From Mobula hypostoma (lineage: Eukaryota): DNA of 64,000 nt. Of this stretch, positions 49,801-61,800 are shown in pieces (position 1 is the first letter of the stretch; every line of letters begins with the position of its first letter). Made by a program: the position numbers and the translations under genes. The notes below the pieces were generated by a model that was not told the origin of the DNA, did not search any database, and saw nothing but the letters and a program-made list of their open reading frames with translations. The stretch is from the NCBI RefSeq assembly GCF_963921235.1, contig NC_086097.1:90522001-90586000 (forward strand), given 5' to 3'.

Positions 49801-52800
49801 CCAGCTGAGCCCCAAGAACCCAAGCCTGGAGGATCCCGCGGCCGAGCTCCAAGAACCCAAGCCTGGAGAATCCCGTGGCCGAGCTTCAAGAACCCAAGCC
49901 TGGAGGATCCCGCGGCCGAGTTCAAAGAACCCAAGCCTCGAGGATCCCCCGGCCGAGCTCCAAGAACCCAAGCCTCGAGGATCCCGCGGCCGAGCTCCAA
50001 GAACCCAAGCCTGGAGGATCCCGCGGCCGAGCTCCAAGAACCCAAGCCTGGAGGATCCCGCGGCCGAGCTCCAAGAACCCAAGCCTGGAGGATCCCGCGG
50101 CCGAGCTCCAAGAACCCAAGCCTCGAGGATCCCGCGGCCGAGCTCCAAGAACCCAAGCCTCGAGGATCCCGCGGCCGAGCTCCAAGAACCCAAGCCTCGA
50201 GGATCCCGCGGCCGAGCTCCAAGAACCCAAGCCTCGAGGATCCCGCAGCCGAGCTCCAAGAACCCAAGCCTCGAGGATCCCGCGGCCGAGCCCAAGGCCC
50301 ATGATCCCAGCAACCAAGCCTCGGGGATCCTGCAGCCGAGCTCCCAGAACCCAAGCCTCGAGGATCCCGCAGCCGAGCTCCAAGAACCCAAGCCTCGAGG
50401 ATCCCGCAGCCGAGCTCCAAGAACCCAAGCCTCGAGGATCCCGCAGCCGAGCTCCAAGAACCGAAGCCTCGAGGATCCTGCATCCGAGCTCCAAAAACCG
50501 AAGCCTCGAGGATCCCGCGGCCGAGCTCCAAGAATCCAATCCTCGAGGATCCCGCGGCCGAGCTCCAAGAACCCAAGCCTCGAGGAACCCGCGGCCGAGC
50601 CCCAGGAACCCAAGCCTCGAGGATCCCGCGGCCGAGCCCCAGGAACCCAAGCCTCGAGGATCCCGCGGCCGAGCCCCAGGAACCCAAGCCTCGAGGATCC
50701 CGCGGCCGAGTCCCAGGAACCCAAGCCTCGAGGATCCCGCGGCCGAGATCCAAGAACCCAGACCTCTAGGATCCCGCAGCTGAGCTCCAAGAACCCAAGA
50801 CTCGAGGATCCCGCATCGAGTTGCAGGCTCATGACCCAAGGCTTAAGGACCATGCAGACGATCCCGAGGCCCAAGGCCCAAGACTCCTGGACCCAAGCCT
50901 CAAGGACCCCGCAGCCGAGCCCAAGGCCCAAGACCCCAGCACTGAAGCCACGAGGATCCTGCAGGTGAGCTCCAAGAACCCAAGCCTCGAGGATCCCGCA
51001 GCCGAGCTCCAAGAACCCAAGCCTCGAGGAGCCCGCAGCCGAGCTCCAAGAACCCAAGCCTCGAGGATCCCGCAGCCGAGCTCCAAGAACCCAAGCCTCG
51101 AGGATCCCGCGGCCGAGCTCCAAGAACCCAAGCCTGGAGGATCCCGCGGCCGAGCTCCAAGAGCCCAAGCCCCGAGGATCCTGCAGCCGAGCTGCTAGAA
51201 TCCAAACCTCGAGGATCCAGCTGCCGAGCTCCAAGAACCCAAGCCTCGAGGATCCCGCAGCCGAGCTCAGGGCCCAAGATCCCAGCACCCAAGCCTCGAG
51301 GATCCCGCAGCCGAGCTTCAAGAGCCCAAGCCTCGAGGATCCCGCAGCCGAGCTCCAAGATCCGATGTCTCGAGGAACCCGCAGCTGAGCTGCAGGCTCA
51401 AGACCCAAGGCTCGAGGACCGTGCAGCCGAGCCCAAGGCCCAAAACCCCAGCACCCAAGCATCGAGGACCCCGCATCCGAGCAACAAGAACCGAAGCCTC
51501 GAGGATCCTGCATCCGAGCTCCAAGAACCCAAGCCTCGAGGATCCCCCAGCCGAGCCCCAAGAACCCAAGCCTCGAGGATCCCGCGGCCGAGCTCCAAGA
51601 ACCCAAGCCTCGAGGATCCCGCGGCCGAGCTCCAAGAACCCAAGCCTGGAGGATCCCGCGGCCGAGCTCCAAGAACCCAAGCCTCGAGTATCCCGCGGCC
51701 GAGCTCCAAGAACTCAAGCCTGGAGGACCCCGCGGCCGAGCTCCAAGAACCCAAGCCTCGAGGATTCCGCGGCCGAGACCCAGGAATCGAAGCCTCGTGG
51801 ATCCCGCGGCCGAGCTCCAAGAACCCAAACCTCGAGCATCCCGCAGCCGAGCTCCAAGAACCCAAGCCTCGAGTATACCGCAGCCGAGCTCCAAGAACCC
51901 AAGCCTCGAGGATCCCGCAGCCGAGCTCCAAGAACCCAAGCCTCTAGCAGCCCGAAGCTTAGCTCCAAGAACCCAAGCCTCGAGGAGCCCGCAGCCGAGC
52001 TTCAAGAACCGAAGCCTCGAGGATCCTGCATCCGAGCTCCAAAAACCGAAGCCTCGAGGATCCCGCGGCCGAGCTCCAAGAATCCAATCCTCGAGGATCC
52101 CGCGGCCGAGCTCCAAGAACCCAAGCCTCGAGGAACCCGCGGCCGAGCCCCAGGAACCCAAGCCTCGAGGAACCCGCGGCCGAGCCCCAGGAACCCAAGC
52201 CTCGAGGATCCCGCGGCCGAGCCCCAGGAACCCAAGCCTCGAGGTCCCGCGGCCGAGCCCCAGGAACCCAAGCCTCGAGGATCCCGCGGCCGAGCTCCAA
52301 GAACCCAAGCCTCGAGGATCCCACAGCCGAGATCCAAGAACCCAGGCCTCTAGGAACCCGCAGCTGAGCTCCAAGAACCCAAGCCTCGAGGATCCCGCAT
52401 CGAGTTGCAGGCTCAAGACCCAAGGCTTAAGGACCATGCAGACGATCCCGAGGCCCAAGGCCCAAGACTCCTGTACCCAAGCCTCAAGGACCCCGCAGCC
52501 GAGCCCAAGGCCCAAGACCCCAGCACTGAAGCCACGAGGATCCTGCAGGTGAGCTCCAAGAACCCAAGCCTCGAGGATCCCGCAGCCGAGCTCCAAGAAC
52601 CCAAGCCTCGAGGAGCCCGCAGCTGAACTCCAAGAACCCAAGCCTCGAGGATCCCGCAGCCGAGCTCCAAGAACCCAAGCCTCGAGGATCCCGCGGCCGA
52701 GCTCCAAGAACCCAAGCCTCGAGGATCCCGCGGCCGAGCTCCAAGAACCCAAGCCTCGAGGATCCCGCAGCCGAGCTCCAAGAACCCAAGCCTCGAGGAT

Positions 52801-55800
52801 CCCGCAGCCGAGCTCCAGGAACCCAAGCCTCGAGGAACCTGCGGCCGAGCTCCAGAACCCAAGCCTCGTGGATCCCGCGGCCGAGCTCCAGGAACCCAAG
52901 CCTCGAGGATCCCGCGGCCGAGATCCAGGAACCCAAGCCTCGAGGATCCTGCGGCCGAGCTCCAGGAACCCAAGCCTCGAGGATCCCGCGGCCGAGCTCC
53001 AGGAACCCAAGCCTCGAGGATCCCGCGGCCGAGATCCAAGAACCCAAGCCTGGAGGATCCAGCGGCCGAGCTCCAGGAACCCAAGCCTCGAGGATCCCGC
53101 GGCCGAGCTCCAGGAACCGTAGCCTCGAGTAACCCGTGGCCGAGCTCCAGGAACAGAAGCCTCGAGGATCCCGCGGCCGAGCTCCAGGAACCCAAGCCTC
53201 GAGGATCCCGCGGCCGAGCTCCAAGAACCCAAGCCTCGAGGATCCCGCGGCCGAGCTCCAAGAACCCAAGCCTCTAGGAGCCCACAGCTGAGCTCCAAGA
53301 ACCCAAGACTCGACGATCCTGCGGCCGAGCTCCAAGAACCCAAGACTCGACAATCCTGTGGCCGAGCTCCAAGAACCCAAGCCTCGAGGATCCCGCAGCC
53401 GAGCTCCAAGAACCCAAGCCTCTAGGAGCCCACAGCTGAGCTCCAAGAACCCAAGACTCGACGATCCTGCGGCCGAGCTCCAAGAACCCAAGCCTGGAGA
53501 AACCCGCGGCCCAGCTCCAAGAGCCCAAGCCCCGAGGATCCTGCAGCCAAGCTGCTAGAATCCAAACCTCGAGGATCCCGCAGCCGAGCTCCAAGAGCCC
53601 AAGCCTCGAGGATCCCGCAGCCGAGCTCCAAGAACCCAAGCCTCTAGGAACCCGCAGCTGAGCTCCAAGAACCCAAGCCTCGAGGATCCTGCATCGAGTT
53701 GCAGGCTCAAGACCCAAGGCTTAAGGACCATGCAGACGATCCCGAGGCCCAAGGCTCAAGACTCCTGTACCCAAGCCTCAAGGACCTCGCAGCCGAGCCC
53801 AAGGCCCAAGACCCCAGCACTGAAGCCTCGAGGATCCCGCAGCCGAGCTCCAAGAACCCAAGCCTCGAGGATCCCGCAGCCGAGCTCCAAGAGCCCAAGC
53901 CTGGAGGATCCCGCAGCCGAGCTCCAAGAGCCCAAGCCCCGAGGATCCCGCAGCCGAGCTGCTAGAATCCAAACCTCGAGGATCCAGCTGTCGAGCTCCA
54001 AGAACCCAAGCCTCGAGGATCCCGCAGCCGAGCTCAGGGCCCAAGATCCCAGCACCCAAGCCTCGATGATCCCGCGGCCGATCTCCAAGAACCCAAGCCT
54101 CGAGGATCCCGCGGCCGAGCTCCAAGAACCCAAGCCTCGAGGATCCCGCGGCCGAGCTCCAAGAACCCAAGCCTGGAGGATCCCGCGGCCGAGCTCCAAG
54201 AACCCAAGCCTCGAGGATCCCGCGGCCGAGCTCCAAGAACCCAAGCCTCGAGGATCCCGCGGCCGAGCTCCAAGAACCCAAGCCTCGAGGATCCCGCAGC
54301 CGAGCTCCAAGAACCCAAGCCTCGAGGATCCCGCGGCCGAGCTCCAAGAACCCAAGCCTGGAGGATCCCGCGGCCGAGTTCCAAGAACCCCAGCCTGGAG
54401 GATCCCGCGGCCGAGTTCCAAGAACCCAAGCCTGGAGGATCCCGCGGCCGAGCTCCAAGAACCCAAGCCTCGAGGATCCCGCGGCCGAGCTCCAAGAACC
54501 CAAGCCTCGAGGATCCCGCGGCCGAGCTCCAAGAACCCAAGCCTCGAGGATCCCGCGGCCGAGCTCCAAGAACCCAAGCCTGGAGGATCCCGCGGCCGAG
54601 CTCCAAGAACCCAAGCCTCGAGGATCCCGCGGCCGAGCTCCAAGAACCCAAGCCTCGAGGATCCCGCGGCCGAGCTCCAAGAACCCAAGCCTCGAGGATC
54701 CCGCGGCCGAGCTCCAAGAACTCAAGCCTGGAGGTTCCTGCGGCCGAGCTCCAAGAACCCAAGCCTGGAGGTTCCCGCGGCCGAGCTCCAAGAACCCAAG
54801 CCTGGAGGTTCCCGCGGCCGAGCTCCAAGAACCCAAGCCTGGAGGACCCCGCGGCTGAGCTCCAAGAACCCAAGCCTCGAGGATCCCGCGGCCGAGATCC
54901 GAGAACCCAAGCCTCGAGGATCCCGCGGCCGAGATCCGAGAACCCAAGCCTCGAGGATCCCGCGGCCGAGCTCCAAGAACCCAAGCCTCGAGGATCCCGT
55001 GGCCGAGCTCCAAGAGCCCAAGCCTCGAGGATCCCGCAGCCGAGCTCCAAGAGCCCAAGCCTCGAGGATCCCGCAGCCGAGCTCCAAGAACCCAAGCCTC
55101 TAGGAGCCCACAGCTGAGCTCCAAGAACCCAAGACTCGACGATCCTGCGGCCGAGCTCCAAGAACCCAAGCCTGGAGAAACTTGCGGCCCAGCTCCAAGA
55201 GCCCAAGCCCCGAGGATCCCGCGGCCGAGCTCCAAGAACCCAAGCCTCGAGTATCCCGCGGCCGAGCTCTAAGAACTCAAGCCTGGAGGACCCCGCGGCC
55301 GAGCTCCAAGAACCCAAGCCTCGAGGATCCCGCGGCCGAGCTCCAAGAACCCAAGCCTACAGGATCTCGCGGCCGAGCTCAAAGAACCGAAGCCTCGAGA
55401 TACCGCAGCCGAGCTCCAAGAACCGAAGCCTCGAGATCCCGCGGCCGAGCTCCAAGAACCGAAGCCTCGTGGATCCTGCAGCCGAGCTGCTAGAATCCAA
55501 ACCTCGAGGATCCAGCTGCCGAGCTCCAAGAACCCAAGCCTCGAGGATCCCGCAGCCGAGCTCAGGGCCCAAGATCCCAGCACCCAAGCCTCGAGGATCC
55601 CGCAGCCGAGCTCAGGGCCCAAGATCCCAGCACCCAAGCCTCGAGGATCCCGCAGCCGAGCTCCAAGAGCCCAAGCCTCGAGGATCCCGCAGCCGAGCTC
55701 CAAGAACCCAAGCCTCGAGGATCCCGCGGCCGAGCTCCAAGAACTCAAGCCTGGAGGTTCCCGCGGCCGAGCTCCAAGAACCCAAGCCTGGAGGTTCCCG

Positions 55801-58800
55801 CGGCCGAGCTCCAAGAACCCAAGCCTGGAGGACCCCGCGGCCGAGTTCCAAGAACCCCAGCCTGGAGGATCCCGCGGCCGAGTTCCAAGAACCCAAGCCT
55901 GGAGGATCCCGCGGCCGATCTCCAAGAACCCAAGCCTGGAGGATCCCGCGGCCGATCTCCAAGAACCCAAGCCTGGAGGATCCCGCGGCCGATCTCCAAG
56001 AACCCAAGCCTGGAGGTTCCCCCGGCCGAGCTCCAAGAACTCAAGCCTGGAGGTTCCTGCGGCCGAGCTCCAAGAACCCAAGCCTGGAGGTTCCCGCGGC
56101 CGAGCTCCAAGAACCCAAGCCTGGAGGTTCCCGCGGCCGAGCTCCAAGAACCCAAGCCTGAGGACCCGCGGCCGAGCTCCAAGAACCCAAGCCTCGAGGA
56201 TCCCGCGGCCGAGCTCCAAGAACCCAAGCCTCGAGGATCCCGCAGCCGAAGCTCCAAGAGCCCAAGCCCCGAGGATCCCGCAGCCGAGCTCCAAGAACCC
56301 AAGCCTCGAGGATCCCGCGGCCGAGCTCCAAGAACCCAAGCCTCGAGGATCCCGCAGCCGAGCTCCAAGAGCCCAAGCCTCGAGGATCCCGCGGCCGAGA
56401 TCCGAGAACCCAAGCCTCGAGGATCCCGCGGCCGAGATCCAAGAACCCAAGCCTCGAGAATCCCGCAGCCGAGCTCCAAGAACCGAAGTCTCGAGGATCC
56501 CACAGCCGACAGCCGAGCCCAAGACCCCAGCACTGAAGCCACGAGGATCCTGCAGGTGAGCTCCAAGAACCCAAGCCTCGAGGATCCCGCAGCCGAGCTC
56601 CAAGAACCCAAGCCTCGAGGATCCCGCGGCCGAGCTCCAAGAACCCAAGCCTCGAGGATCCCGCGGCCGAGCTCCAAGAACCCAAGCCTCGAGGATCCCG
56701 CGGCCGAGCTCCAAGAACCCAAGCCTCGAGGATCCCGCAGCCGAGCTCCAAGAACCCAAGCCTCGAGGATCCCGCTGCCGAGCTCCAAGAACCCAAGCCT
56801 CGAGGATCCCGCAGCCGAGCTCCAAGATCCCAGCAACCAAGCCTCGAGGATCCCGCAGCCGAGCTTCAAGAACCCAAGCCTCGAGGATCCCGCAGCCGAG
56901 CTCCAAGAACCCAAGCCTCGAGGAACCCGCAGCAGAGCTGCAGGCTCAAGACCCAAGGCTCGAGGACCGTGCAGCCGAGCCCAAGGCCCAAAACCCCAGC
57001 ACCCAAGCTTCGAGGACCCCGCGAGCTCCAAGAACCCAAGCCTGAGGTCCCGCGGCCGAGCTCCAAGAACCCAAGCCTGGAGGATCCCGCGGCCGAGCTC
57101 CAAGAACCCAAGCCTGGAGGACCCCGCGGCCGAGCTCCAAGAACCCAAGCCTGGAGGATCCCGCGGCCGAGTCCAAGAACCCAAGCCTGGAGGATCCCGC
57201 GGCCGAGCTCCAAGAACCCAAGCCTGAGGATCCCGCGGCCGATCTCCAAGAACCCAAGCCTGAGGATCCCGCGGCCGACTCCAAGAACCCAAGCCTGAGG
57301 TTCCCCCGGCCGAGCTCCAAGAACTCAAGCCTGGAGGTTCCTGCGGCCGAGCTCCAAGAACCCAAGCCTGGAGGTTCCCGCGGCCGAGCTCCAAGAACCC
57401 AAGCCTGGAGGTTCCCGCGGCCGAGCTCCAAGAACCCAAGCCTGGAGGACCCCGCGGCCGAGCTCCAAGAACCCAAGCCTCGAGGATCCCGCGGCCGAGC
57501 TCCAAGAACCCAAGCCTCGAGGATCCCGCGGCCGAGTTCCAAGAACCCAAGCCTCGAGGATCCCGCAGCCGAGCTCCAAGAACCCAAGCCTCGAGGATCC
57601 CGCGGCCGAGCTCCAAGAACCCAAGCCTCGAGGATCCCGCAGCCGAGCTCCAAGAACCCAAGACTCGAGGATCCCGCAGCCGAGCTCCAAGAACAGAAGT
57701 CTCGAGGATCCCACAGCCGAGCTCAGGGCCCAAGATCCCAGCACCCAAGCCTCGAGGATCCCGCAGCCGAGCTTCAAGTGCCCAAGTCTCGAGGATCCCA
57801 CATCCGAGGTGCAAGAGCGCAAGCCTCGAGGATCTCGCAGCCGAGCTCCAAGAACCGAAGTCTCGAGGAACCCGCAGCCGAGCTGCAGGCTCAAGACCAA
57901 AGGCTCGAGGACCGTGCAGCCGAGCCCAAGGCCCAAGGCCGAAGGCCCAAGACTCCCACACCCAAGCCTCGAGGAGCCCGCAGCCGAGCTCCAAGAACCG
58001 AAGCCTCGAGGATCCCGCAGCCGAGCTCCAAGAACCCAAGCCTCGAGGATCCCGCGGCCGAGCTCCAAGAACCCAAGCCTCGAGGATCCCACAGCCGAGC
58101 TCCAAGAACCCAAGCCTGGAGGATCCCGCGGCCGAGCTCCAAGAGCCCAAGCCCCGAGGATCCTGCAGCCGAGCTGCTAGAATCCAAACCTCGAGGATCC
58201 AGCTGCCGAGCTCCAAGAACCCAAGCCTCGAGGATCCCGCAGCCGAGCTCAGGGCCCAAGATCCCAGCACCCAAGCCTCGAGGATCCCGCAGCCGAGCTT
58301 CAAGAGCCCAAGCCTCTAGGATCCCGCAGCCGAGCTCCAAGATCCGATGTCTCGAGGAACCCGCAGCTGAGCTGCAGGCTCAAGACCCAAGGCTCGAGGA
58401 CCGTGCAGCCGAGCCCAAGGCCCAAAACCCCAGCACCCAAGCATCGAGGACCCCGCATCCGAGCAACAAGAACCGAAGCCTCGAGGATCCTGCATCCGAG
58501 CTCCAAGAACCCAAGCCTCGAGGATCCCCCAGCCGAGCCCCAAGAACCCAAGCCTGGAGGATCCCGCGGCCGAGCTCCAAGAACCCAAGCCTCGAGGATC
58601 CCGCGGCCGAGTTCCAAGAACCCAAGCCTCGAGGATCCCGCGGCCGAGCTCCAAGAACCCAAGCCTGGAGGATCCCGCGGCCGAGCTCCAAGAACCCAAG
58701 CCTGGAGGATCCCGCGGCCGAGCTCCAAGAACCCAAGCCTCGAGGATCCCGCGGCCGAGCTCCAAGAACCCAAGCCTCGAGGATCCCGCGGCCGAGCTCC

Positions 58801-61800
58801 AAGAACCCAAGCCTGGAGGATCCCGCGGCCGAGCTCCAAGAACCCAAGCCTCGAGGATCCCGCGGCCGAGCTCCAAGAACCCAAGCCTCGAGGATCCCGC
58901 GGCCGAGCTCCAAGAACCCAAGCCTCGAGGATCCCGCGGCCGAGCTCCAAGAACCCAAGCCTCGAGGATCCCGCGGCCGAGCTCCAAGAACCCAAGCCTC
59001 GAGGATCCCGCGGCCGAGCTCCAAGAACCCAAGCCTCGAGGATCCCGCAGCCGAGCTCCAAGAACCCAAGCCTCGAGGATCCCGCGGCCGAGCTCCAAGA
59101 ACCCAAGCCTCGAGGATCCCGCGGCCGAGCTCCAAGAACCCAAGCCTGGAGGTTCCCGCGGCCGAGCTCCAAGAACCCAAGCCTGGAGGTTCCCGCGGCC
59201 GAGCTCCAAGAACCCAAGCCTGGAGGTTCCCGCGGCCGAGCTCCAAGAACCCAAGCCTGGAGGTTCCCGCGGCCGAGCTCCAAGAACCCAAGCCTGGAGG
59301 ACCCCGCGGCTGAGCTCCAAGAACCCAAGCCTCGAGGATCCCGCGGCCGAGCTCCAAGAACCCAAGCCTGGAGGATCCCGCGGCCGAGCTCCAAGAACCC
59401 AAGCCTCGAGGATCCCGCAGCCGAGCTCCAAGAGCCCAAGCCTCGAGGATCTCGCATCCGAGGTCCAAGAGCCCAAGCCTCGAGGATCCCGCAGCCGAGC
59501 TGCAAGAATCCAAACCTCGAGGATCCCGCAGCCGAGCTCCAAGAACCCAAGCCTCGAGGATCCCGCAGCCGAGCTCAGGGCCCAAGATCCCAGCACCCAA
59601 GCCTCGAGGATCCCGCAGACGAGCTTCAAGTGCCCAAGTCTCGAGGATCCCACATCCGAGGTGTAAGAGCGCAAGCCTCGAGGATCTCGCAGCCGAGCTC
59701 CAAGAACCGAAGACTCGAGGAACCCGCAGCCGAGCTGCAGGCTCAAGACCAAAGGCTCGAGGACCGTGCAGCCGAGCCGAGGCCCAAGGCCCAAGGCCCA
59801 AGACTCCCACACCCAAGCCTCGAGGAGCCCGCAGCCGAGCTCCAAGAACCGAAGCCTCGAGGATCCTGCATCCGAGCTCCAAAAACCGAAGCCTCGAGGA
59901 TCCCGCGGCCGAGCCCCAGGAACCCAAGCCTCGAGGAACCCGCGGCCGAGCTCCAAGAACCCAAGCCTCGAGGAACCCGCGGCCGAGCTCCAAGAACCCA
60001 AGCCTCGAGGTCCCGCGGCCGAGCCCCAGGAACCCAAGCCTCGAGGAATCCGCGGCCGAGCCCCAGGAACCCAAGCCTCGAGGAACCCGCGGCCGAGCTC
60101 CAGGAACCCAAGCCTCGAGGATCCCGCGGCCGAGCTCCAAGAACCCAAGCCTCGAGGATCCCGCGGCCGAGCTCCAGGAACCCAAGCCTCGAGGAACCTG
60201 CGGGCGAGCTCCAGGAACCCAAGCCTCGAGGATCCCGCGGCCGAGCTCCAAGACCCCAAGCCTCGAGGATCCCGCGGCCGAGCTCCAAGAACCCAAGCCT
60301 CGAGGATCCCGCGGCCGAGCTCCAAGAACCCAAGCCTCGAGGATCCCGCGGCCGAGCTCCAAGAACCCAAGCCTCGAGGATCCCGCGGCCGAGCTCCAAG
60401 AACCCAAGCCTCGAGGATCCCGCGGCCGAGCTCCAAGAACCCAAGCCTCGAGGATCCCGCGGCCGAGCTCCAAGAACCCAAGCCTCGAGGATCCCGCGGC
60501 CGAGCTCCAAGAACCCAAGCCTGGAGGATCCCGCGGCCGAGCTCCAAGAACCCAAGCCTCGAGGATCCCGCGGCCGAGCTCCAAGAACCCAAGCCTCGAG
60601 GATCCCGCGGCCGAGCTCCAAGAACCCAAGCCTCGAGGATCCCGCGGCCGAGCTCCAAGAACCCAAGCCTCGAGGATCCCGCGGCCGAGCTCCAAGAACC
60701 CAAGCCTCGAGGATCCCGCGGCCGAGCTCCAAGAACCCAAGCCTCGAGGATCCCGCGGCCGAGCTCCAAGAACCCAAGCCTCGAGGATCCCGCAGCCGAG
60801 CTCCAAGAACCCAAGCCTCGAGGATCCCGCAGCCGAGCTCAGGGCCCAAGATCCCAGCACCCAAGCCTCGAGGATCCCGCAGCCGAGCTTCAAGAGCCCA
60901 AGTCTCGAGGATCCCACATCCGAGGTGCAAGAGCGCAAGCCTCGAGGATCTCGCAGTCGAGCTCCAAGAACCGAAGTCTCGAGGAACCCGCAGCCGAGCT
61001 GCAGGCTCAAGACCCAAGGCTCGAGGACCGTGCAGCCGAGCCCAAGGCCCAAGGCCCAAGGCCCAAGACTCCCACACCCAAGCCTCGAGGAGCCCGCAGC
61101 CGAGCTCCAAGAACCGAAGCCTCGAGGATCCTGCATCCGAGCTCCAAAAACCCAAGCCTCGAGGATCCCGCGGCCGAGCCCCAGGAACCCAAGCCTCGAG
61201 GAACCCGCGGCCGAGCCCCAGGAACCCAAGCCTCGAGGAACGCGCGGCCGAGCTCCAAGAACCCAAGACTCGAGGAACCCACGGCCGAGCTCCAAGAACC
61301 CAAGCCTCGAGGTCCCGCGGCCGAGCCCCAGGAACCCAAGCCTCGAGGAATCCGCGGCCGAGCCCCAGGAACCCAAGCCTCGAGGAACCCGCGGCCGAGC
61401 TCCAAGAACCCAAGCCTCGAGGAACCTGCGGCCGAGCTCCAGGAACCCAAGCCTCGAGGAACCTGCGGCCGAGCTCCAGAACCCAAGCCTCGTGGATCCC
61501 GCGGCCGAGCTCCAGGAACCCAAGCCTCGAGGAACCTGCGGCCGAGCTCCAGGAACCCAAGCCTCGAGGAACCTGCGGCCGAGCTCCAGAACCCAAGCCT
61601 CGTGGATCCCGCGGCCGAGCTCCAGGAACCCAAGCCTCGAGGATCCCGCGGCCGAGCTCCAGGAACCCAAGCCTCGAGGATCCTGCGGCCGAGCTCCAGG
61701 AACCCAAGCCTCGTGGATACCGCGGCCGAGCTCCGAGAACCCAAGCCTCGAGGATCCCGCGGCCGAGATCCAAGAACCCAAGCCTCGAGGATCCCGCGGC

